From: a virus
Taxonomy: Duplodnaviria > Caudoviricetes
Direction: 5' to 3' (one strand)
IMG/VR virus record: IMGVR_UViG_3300037602_000024
Span: 1-42,489 of that record
DNA length: 42,489 nt
In this document: in pieces, positions 27,589 through 33,335 of the stretch
Numbering within the stretch: the first letter of the stretch is position 1
Layout: each line of letters opens with the position of its first letter
The notes under the pieces: generated by a model
What the model was told of the DNA's origin: nothing
The model's input: only the letters and a program-made list of their open reading frames with translations
Databases searched by the model: none
Position numbers and translations under genes: made by a program

Positions 27589-28515
27589 TCAGACTTTCTT
27601 GCTGTGATCGTAGAAGGCAGAGCCATTCGCGATCAGTTTCTGGATCACGCGAACGTCGTTGACGACGTCATCGAGAAGAAGCCCAGGACGCCACGTTGCG
27701 AAGCGCCCAAGCGAGTAAATATTGTGCTCCTGCGAGGCCCATAGAATGAAGGCGCGGCGAACGTCTTCGTCAATCGGGAGAATTTTCGCATACTTCTGTT
27801 CGCTCTCCCGCGCTTCTCCGGTCAGAAGGTCCAAGGGAAGGCCAAGAAGGTCCATGGCGGAACCAACCACCTGATCCGCTTTCACGGGCGCATTTCCATA
27901 GCACTCGACCGTCAACAGATTTCCGGTGAGCGATATGCGGGACGCTCGCTTGATTGGGTTGGGGACATACAGCGAGCAGTAAGCGTCCACGTCCGAAAGT
28001 TCGCATGAGACATTGACGCCCGGAACGGAGCGGAAGACAGCCTTATCCCGATGCGACCAACCTAGCTTCTTCATCAGTGCGTCCATCGGGATCGTGGATA
28101 TGACCGGAAGGTCGCCTAAGCGCGAGCCCGGCCAATTATCAAATGTTTGGCCAACCATGATGTGGCCTTCAACCATCTCCGCCATCCGCGGGATAAGATC
28201 GGGCGGCGCGATATATCTGTCAACCGCCAAGCCGTGCGCTGAAGTGATTGAGCGCACGGTTGCTGTCCCATTCGTCTTTAGGGAATAGGACAAGGCGTCC
28301 GCGATCGGGTTGCGCCACGGCTGAACCGCCTTCATCGCGGTCACCTTCCGGAAGGGGATGCCGAGCGTGTCGCCGACAATCGACGATCGGAAGCGGAGAA
28401 CTGCCGAATGGTTATTGGGGATTTCCGGCTGCGCCTCAAAGATAGCGCCGCACTCCCTACGGAGCATCGCGCCCGCCAGCAAACCGGCCATCCCCGCGCC
28501 AACAATGATGGTCAT
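27589..28515 (-). CDS. FAD/NAD(P)-binding oxidoreductase (UDP-galactopyranose mutase-like outline)
   Basis: IIVGAGMAG Rossmann motif; VISTIP; C-terminal IYSLGRFATW..LLLDDVV. Confidence 0.75.
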   Translation of the reverse strand: MTIIVGAGMAGLLAGAMLRRECGAIFEAQPEIPNNHSAVLRFRSSIVGDTLGIPFRKVTAMKAVQPWRNPIADALSYSLKTNGTATVRSITSAHGLAVDRYIAPPDLIPRMAEMVEGHIMVGQTFDNWPGSRLGDLPVISTIPMDALMKKLGWSHRDKAVFRSVPGVNVSCELSDVDAYCSLYVPNPIKRASRISLTGNLLTVECYGNAPVKADQVVGSAMDLLGLPLDLLTGEARESEQKYAKILPIDEDVRRAFILWASQEHNIYSLGRFATWRPGLLLDDVVNDVRVIQKLIANGSAFYDHSKKV

Positions 28516-29069
28516 TCCTTCGCCTCCTTGATCTTCACGATCTTTCCGACGAAGACGCCCAGCCGCTCAGGCTCGATGGGATCGCCGTTCTTGAGCTTGT
28601 TCCGAACGAAGCTCATCAGCGTCTGCGCGTGAACGTCTTCCTTTACGTCCGGGACAACGCCCTGCTCCTTGAGCCAAGCCGCGATCTTGCGCGCGTCTTC
28701 CCGTTGGTGCTTGGGGAAATCGACGGACAGCTTTGTTTTCACGATGCCGCCGCCTTCGATCGTCTCCAAGTAATCGAGCGCGAGCTTGCGCTTGCCTTGG
28801 TCTTTCGGAAGCGATCCGGCCACCAAGTCGTTGAGCTCGACGGTTCGATTGCCGATCGTCACTTCTGTGATCTGAAGCTCCGCCATCTTCTCCGGCAGCG
28901 TGATGGTCGCTATCCGGTGGCGAAGGGACTTGGCAGCGGCCAGGTCTTCCTCCATCGTTTGGATCACCAAGTCCAGCTTGACCAGCTCATCGGCGGCGTC
29001 CTGCATCGCCTTGAAGCGGTCCGGGGGAGCCATCGGCTCCCCCTTCATGTAGAATTCGTCGCTCATCAC
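28512..29069 (-). CDS. Conserved phage replication-module hypothetical protein
   Basis: Coiled coil, then LPEKMAEL...VHAQTLMSFV pattern; ATGA-type overlap. Confidence 0.7.
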   Translation of the reverse strand: MMSDEFYMKGEPMAPPDRFKAMQDAADELVKLDLVIQTMEEDLAAAKSLRHRIATITLPEKMAELQITEVTIGNRTVELNDLVAGSLPKDQGKRKLALDYLETIEGGGIVKTKLSVDFPKHQREDARKIAAWLKEQGVVPDVKEDVHAQTLMSFVRNKLKNGDPIEPERLGVFVGKIVKIKEAKE

Positions 29070-29854
29070 ATCGCGCCTTCGTCGCTGGCTGCTGCGCCTT
29101 CCATCGACGAAGTATCGGCGCGCGCCTCGCCATCGATGATCGATTGCATGAAGCGTACTGCCTCATCCTTGATCGTCCGCCAGTCAGCGAAATCCGCCGG
29201 GATTTCCGGCAGCGCCATTCCGCGTTCGATCTTCCACCCTGACCAGTCGCCTTGGTTGTTGCTTTCCTCCGCTGTGGTCAGGTTGTAGGTGCGATAGAAG
29301 AAGGGAGCGGTGAACTCAGTGTTGTCCGATAGCTTCAGCTTCTCCCCGGTCGCGAGCAGGTTCCAGCGCCGGGACTTCTTCAGCTGCGTTCCGGTCATCG
29401 CGATGAACGAAAGACGACGGCCAGCCGAAAGGTTGAGGCCGAAGAACTGCGCTGTTTCCGCGATGTAGTTGCCATTGGGCAGAAGCGGCCTGCCTTTGTC
29501 GTCAGGCGTCGTCTGGTCCATGATCTTTTCGTCGTGAATGGCGATCAGGCCTTTGCCGGAAGATCGGGGAGCCCATTCCAGGAAGTCCTTCCGATAGTAA
29601 ACCGGCAGGAACCACACTCCGTCCGGGAACACTTCCCCGGTGGCCACGTCGCAAATGTCGCCGATTTCCGCGCCGGGAACATATTCCGCCGCGGTCTTTT
29701 TCAGCTGAGGGGAGAGAGCCTGGAGGATCGTGAGGCGCGGGACAAGAAGGTCTTTCGAGCCGACATTCTCCATGCCCGCTCCCGCGAACTCTTCAAAACC
29801 GGAGCCGGCAACCAAATCAGTTCCGGCTTCCGCCTTTACGGGTGCTTTGGCCAT
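29066..29854 (-). CDS. Probable single-stranded DNA-binding/replication protein
   Basis: DLLVPRLTILQALSPQ...EW.PR.SG.G pattern; acidic C-terminal tail; first gene of the replication operon. Confidence 0.55.
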   Translation of the reverse strand: MAKAPVKAEAGTDLVAGSGFEEFAGAGMENVGSKDLLVPRLTILQALSPQLKKTAAEYVPGAEIGDICDVATGEVFPDGVWFLPVYYRKDFLEWAPRSSGKGLIAIHDEKIMDQTTPDDKGRPLLPNGNYIAETAQFFGLNLSAGRRLSFIAMTGTQLKKSRRWNLLATGEKLKLSDNTEFTAPFFYRTYNLTTAEESNNQGDWSGWKIERGMALPEIPADFADWRTIKDEAVRFMQSIIDGEARADTSSMEGAAASDEGAM

Positions 29855-29879
29855 TTCTGGCTTTCCTTTCACTACTGTG

Positions 29880-30060
29880 TTCAGCTGGCGTAGCCCAGCA
29901 CCCTACCTATGAATGAAAAACTTTCCGGTGAAAACATTTTTCAGGCTTTTTCGAAGGCACGCGAAAAGCGAGCCTGTTAACCTATTGTTTTCATTAGATT
30001 AAAAAAAATTCAAAAAGTGTGAAAAAAAGTGTTTTCTTTTTCTGCCGCTTCAGGCACAAA
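29880..30060. promoter_or_regulatory. AT-rich divergent promoter region with phased A-tracts
   Basis: Point where the two gene arms diverge; A-runs start at 30001, 30012 and 30022; AAAAAGTGT occurs twice. Confidence 0.65.
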
Positions 30061-30207
30061 GAGATTGTGAGGACGACGAAACGCCTCGCACGGGACGGAC
30101 CGCCCAAGCATAACGGTCCACCTGGCCGGTAGGATCGGACGACGGGAGCGAAAGCAGAAGACCCCCCGACGAAAAGATGCCGACACCCTGGTTTCCGGCA
30201 GGTCAAA

Positions 30208-30263
30208 CGAAACGGACGCAAGTCCGTCGCTGGGGATGGTACCCCATGCCTGATGAGATACCA
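30208..30263 (+). ncRNA. Type II hammerhead ribozyme 1 (predicted cleavage after C30228)
   Basis: C-GAAA, stem III CGGAC-GCAA-GTCCG, UC, stem I GC.TGGGG/CCCCA.GC, CTGATGA-G; loop TGGTA pairs with 3' TACCA. Confidence 0.85.
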
Positions 30264-30333
30264 AAATGTCAAGCCTGCCTCTCGGCAGCGTCCCACACTG
30301 GGAAGCGGAGAAGGCAAGGCAAGGGAGGCCAAA

Positions 30334-30552
30334 ATGGCTTCTAAAGTTCTCTCTTTCGCGACCATCGCCGGTGGCGTTTGGATTGAAGATTTGCCGGGTG
30401 ACCATTCGGATCGCTCTGGCGCTGAGCGCTGCTTCCGCTTCGATAGCGAAGGGCGCGCTGAGTGGTGCCGACTGTCGGACCTATGGGCCGATGGCGAGCG
30501 TGTGCGGTGGTACGGCCACCAGTTGACCGCAAAGGACTTTGTTCTTTGCTAA
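30334..30552 (+). CDS. Early hypothetical protein (72 aa)
   Basis: GGGAGG RBS before ATG 30334. Confidence 0.7.
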   Translation: MASKVLSFATIAGGVWIEDLPGDHSDRSGAERCFRFDSEGRAEWCRLSDLWADGERVRWYGHQLTAKDFVLC

Positions 30553-30554
30553 CC

Positions 30555-30573
30555 GGGGAGGCGCTGCCTCCCC
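30555..30573 (+). other. Intergenic GC-rich hairpin (GGGGAGGC-GCT-GCCTCCCC)
   Basis: Perfect 8-bp stem just after a stop codon; weak U tail. Confidence 0.6.
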
Positions 30574-30603
30574 TTACCTCCCTCCTAAAAAGGAACCACA
30601 CCA

Positions 30604-31173
30604 ATGACCATCCTTACTTCCAGCCAGATTATGAAGCTCATCGCGAAAGCCGAAGGCGCTGAGCCGAAGCGCGCCTCAACGAAAGAAGCCGCCATCCGGC
30701 GCTTCAACAAGACCATGGCCGCGCAGTTCGGCCTGGACTTCTTCGCCGCGGAGAAAATCCTGAACGCGGGCAGCTACGATCTGGCGCTGAACGCGCTGGG
30801 CCTGGCCGCTGATCCGGACTGCGGCATTGAGGAAGAATACAATGAGGCAGAAGAAGAAAAACTGCTTCAGCGCGGACAAGAAGCCTTGGGCGAATACGCT
30901 CACAGCGACAAGGCGGCAGTCCCTAAAGCGAAAGGCGGCAAGCGCCGCGGTTCGCTCGCCGGGAAGGCGTTCCAGCTGGCGGCTGGCGCAACCAACCCCT
31001 ACCGCGAAAACACGCTGTCGCACGCCGCTTTCGAGCTAGTCCGCGACAACGCAGGGATTACCTTCGAAGGCTTCGTGGAGAAAGGCGGGCGCGTCCGGAC
31101 GCTGCAGGAAGACGTGAAAGCCGGGCGGGTGATCGAAGTCAAGAAGTTGATCACCGATCCGGAAGCATTCTAA
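30604..31173 (+). CDS. Early hypothetical protein (189 aa; acidic linker, basic C-terminal domain)
   Basis: AAGGA RBS; typical high-GC codon usage. Confidence 0.8.
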   Translation: MTILTSSQIMKLIAKAEGAEPKRASTKEAAIRRFNKTMAAQFGLDFFAAEKILNAGSYDLALNALGLAADPDCGIEEEYNEAEEEKLLQRGQEALGEYAHSDKAAVPKAKGGKRRGSLAGKAFQLAAGATNPYRENTLSHAAFELVRDNAGITFEGFVEKGGRVRTLQEDVKAGRVIEVKKLITDPEAF

Positions 31174-31174
31174 A

Positions 31175-31236
31175 GGCGAAACGCGGGTGCTTGCCCGCGT
31201 CTGGGCGGGCGGTTCCCGGCCGCTGATGAGCCAACC
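31175..31236 (+). ncRNA. Type II hammerhead ribozyme 2 (predicted cleavage after C31201)
   Basis: GGC-GAAA, stem III CGCGGGT-GCTT-GCCCGCG, UC, stem I TGGGCGGG/CCCGGCCG, CTGATGA-GCC; loop GGTT pairs with 3' AACC. Confidence 0.9.
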
Positions 31237-31251
31237 TAGAAGGATTTAAAA

Positions 31252-32217
31252 ATGGCACACCAAGTTGAAACGATGGCCTATGCGAATGAAGTTCCGTGGC
31301 ACGGCCTGGGCGCGCGCGTTGACCAAAGCGTCACGCCAGACGAAATGCTGAAGGCGGCTGGTCTGGATTGGGAAGTCAATCTGTGGCCGCTGACCGCCAG
31401 CGAGCCGGAAGGCGAAGAAAGCATCAAGGTTCCTGGCCGTTATGCTCTGGTGCGCTCAACCGATCGCAAGGTGCTGACCGTGACTGGAAAAAGCTGGAAG
31501 CCGCTCCAGAACCGCGAAACGCTCGAATTCATGCGGAACTACGTGGAAGCCGGTGCCGCCACGCTGGAGACGGCTGGCGCGCTTCGTGGCGGGCGCGTCG
31601 TTTGGGGGCTGGCGCGGCTCAACCATGAATTTGAAGTCGGCAAAGGCGATCGCGTCAAAGGCTATCTCCTGATCACTTCGCCGCACGAAGTCGGAAAGGC
31701 AATCACCGTCCGCGCCACGACGGTCCGTGTCGTCTGCGCCAACACGATGGCATTGGCCAACCGCACCGGGACGGTCCACTACCGCCAGGCCCACACCAGC
31801 GCCTTCGACGTGGACGCCGCCAAGGAGGCGATCGGAGACGCGCATGAGCAGCTGGCGATCGCGGAGAAGAACGCGAAAATTCTCTCCAAGCTCCAGCTTT
31901 CGCTTGATGACGCGATCGAAAAGGTGCTGGCTCCAGTCTTCGTTCCGCAGGCGCTGAAGGACGATGACTTGATGGCGTCGCTCAAGGTGCCGGAGAGCAT
32001 GCCGAAGACGCTCCAAGAGATTATTGACTCCATCGAGAGCGCGCCGGGCGCGGCGGAAATTGCGGGCACTGGCTGGGGCGTCCTGAATGGCGTCGCGCAC
32101 TGGGCGGATCACGTCCATGGCCGCGGGCAAGCGTCCCGCATGTATAATTCCTGGATGGGGCAAAACGCCGTCCGGAAGCTGGACGTTGAGCGGAAGCTGC
32201 TCGAACTGGCGGAATAA
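31252..32217 (+). CDS. DUF932-family phage/plasmid protein
   Basis: MAHQVETMAY..EVPWHGLG, AGLDWEV, ETAGALRGGR.VW, VRVVCANT, GTGWG.LNGV motifs. Confidence 0.9.
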   Translation: MAHQVETMAYANEVPWHGLGARVDQSVTPDEMLKAAGLDWEVNLWPLTASEPEGEESIKVPGRYALVRSTDRKVLTVTGKSWKPLQNRETLEFMRNYVEAGAATLETAGALRGGRVVWGLARLNHEFEVGKGDRVKGYLLITSPHEVGKAITVRATTVRVVCANTMALANRTGTVHYRQAHTSAFDVDAAKEAIGDAHEQLAIAEKNAKILSKLQLSLDDAIEKVLAPVFVPQALKDDDLMASLKVPESMPKTLQEIIDSIESAPGAAEIAGTGWGVLNGVAHWADHVHGRGQASRMYNSWMGQNAVRKLDVERKLLELAE

Positions 32218-32225
32218 CACCAAAC

Positions 32226-32245
32226 GCGGGAGCTACGGCTCCCGC
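32226..32245 (+). other. Intergenic hairpin with a cUACGg tetraloop
   Basis: GCGGGAGC-TACG-GCTCCCGC. Confidence 0.65.
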
Positions 32246-32262
32246 TCCGGAAGGGAAAGGCG

Positions 32263-32421
32263 ATGAGCCCAGAAACGATTGACCTCATCACGTATGGCGT
32301 CGCTTGGTCTGCTGTCGTAGCGGCGGCTTGGTGGCTGGGCGCGCTGGCCTGGAACATCGGTCGCAATGCGGTGATTTCGTATCGCCGCTGGCGGAATATG
32401 CGCATCATGCGCGATTATTGA
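32263..32421 (+). CDS. Small single-TM membrane protein (52 aa)
   Basis: MSPETIDLITYGVAWSAVVAAAWWLGALAWNIGR...; purine-rich RBS. Confidence 0.6.
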   Translation: MSPETIDLITYGVAWSAVVAAAWWLGALAWNIGRNAVISYRRWRNMRIMRDY

Positions 32422-32434
32422 AGGGAGTGCTGCA

Positions 32435-32839
32435 ATGAACACCCGGTGGACGGACCAAGAGAAAGAAACGCTGCGGCAGATGTGGAATGCCGATGAGCCG
32501 ATCGCCGCAATCATTTGCGCGCTGGATCGGAACAACAATCAGATCGTCGGCCAGGCTTACCGAATGAACCTGCCGAGGCGGAACGCCATCAAAGGCAAAG
32601 GGCATCTCCCCAGGAAGGCAGACGTCCCTCGAAAGAAGGCTTGGAAGCCTCCGCACTATGTTGCGCCGCTGGTCGTGCGCTCCTGCCAGTGGCCGCATGG
32701 CGATCCGACCAGCCCGGACTTCCATTTCTGCGGCGAAGAAGTTGTGGAAGGGAAGCCTTATTGCGACAAACACTGTGCCGTCGCCTACACCAAGTATGAG
32801 ACAGCCGCGGACGCTCAGCGCGCGGTGGAGGAAGAATGA
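32435..32839 (+). CDS. gcrA: GcrA-family cell-cycle regulator homologue
   Basis: WTDQEKETLRQMW...NQIVGQAYRMNL N-terminal domain; CQWPHGDPTSPDFHFCG...PYCDKHCAVAY C-terminal domain. Confidence 0.9.
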   Translation: MNTRWTDQEKETLRQMWNADEPIAAIICALDRNNNQIVGQAYRMNLPRRNAIKGKGHLPRKADVPRKKAWKPPHYVAPLVVRSCQWPHGDPTSPDFHFCGEEVVEGKPYCDKHCAVAYTKYETAADAQRAVEEE

Positions 32840-32997
32840 CACTGAACAGCCTTCGCGGCTTCTTTTACAAGCTGCTCAAATTCCTTGGCGACATTCAAGC
32901 GCTAAGGTCTCCGCGGGAAGGCGCTGTGCGCCGCCGCGTCACCCGTCGTGTTCTCGGCAAGATTGTCGGGCGCACTCTTTTCAAGCGTATCCGGTAA
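32836..32997 (+). CDS. Small highly basic protein (53 aa)
   Basis: ATGA overlap with gcrA; MTLNSLRGFFYKLLKFLGDIQALRSPREGAVRRRVTRRVLGKIVGRTLFKRIR. Confidence 0.7.
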   Translation: MTLNSLRGFFYKLLKFLGDIQALRSPREGAVRRRVTRRVLGKIVGRTLFKRIR

Positions 32998-33009
32998 AGG
33001 ACCAGCCAA

Positions 33010-33138
33010 ATGAAAAATCCTCCGAAGTCCGGGCGCTCCGCCCGCCGCGGCAACAAGCCCGCGCCCTACACCAAATATGGCAAGACGCCATACAAGTACG
33101 ATTTCCAGATCAGGCGCAAGCAACAACACCAAAGATAA
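33010..33138 (+). CDS. Small basic protein (42 aa)
   Basis: AAGGA RBS; MKNPPKSGRSARRGNKPAPYTKYGKTPYKYDFQIRRKQQHQR. Confidence 0.55.
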   Translation: MKNPPKSGRSARRGNKPAPYTKYGKTPYKYDFQIRRKQQHQR

Positions 33139-33180
33139 CGGCACCTTTCCCTCCGGCCACGGCAAAGTCCCTCTGGCCGG

Positions 33181-33321
33181 AGGCTCGAAGATCGGAAAAT
33201 TTTGGGTTTTCGGCTCTCCGGCTCTCTTTTATCCCTCTTTCTTATTCTGGCCATAGAAGGAAGGAAGGAAGAAAAGATATAAGAGAAGCCGAAATTAGCG
33301 AATTTTCCGATCTTCGAGCCT
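33181..33321. repeat. Long inverted repeat/hairpin with perfect 21-bp outer arms and a pyrimidine/purine inner stem
   Basis: AGGCTCGAAGATCGGAAAATT (33181..33201) is the reverse complement of 33301..33321; TTTCGGCT pairs with AGCCGAAA. Confidence 0.9.
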
Positions 33322-33335
33322 ACCAGGAGGAACAC

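Noticed and set aside
29977-29992. CtrA binding box
   Set aside because: Only one TTAACC half-site; the second TTAA at 7-nt spacing is absent
30097-30119. Twister ribozyme suggested by the CCCAAGC loop
   Set aside because: I could not build the P1/P2 stems or the matching pseudoknot partners; kept only as part of the structured leader
30253-30333. Upstream ATG (30253) for the first early ORF
   Set aside because: That ATG is part of the hammerhead CUGAUGA core and lacks an RBS; ATG 30334 has GGGAGG
32658-33335. 778-aa helicase as given in the ORF track
   Set aside because: The extension overlaps gcrA, two small ORFs and a long hairpin; the AGGAGG RBS supports ATG 33336
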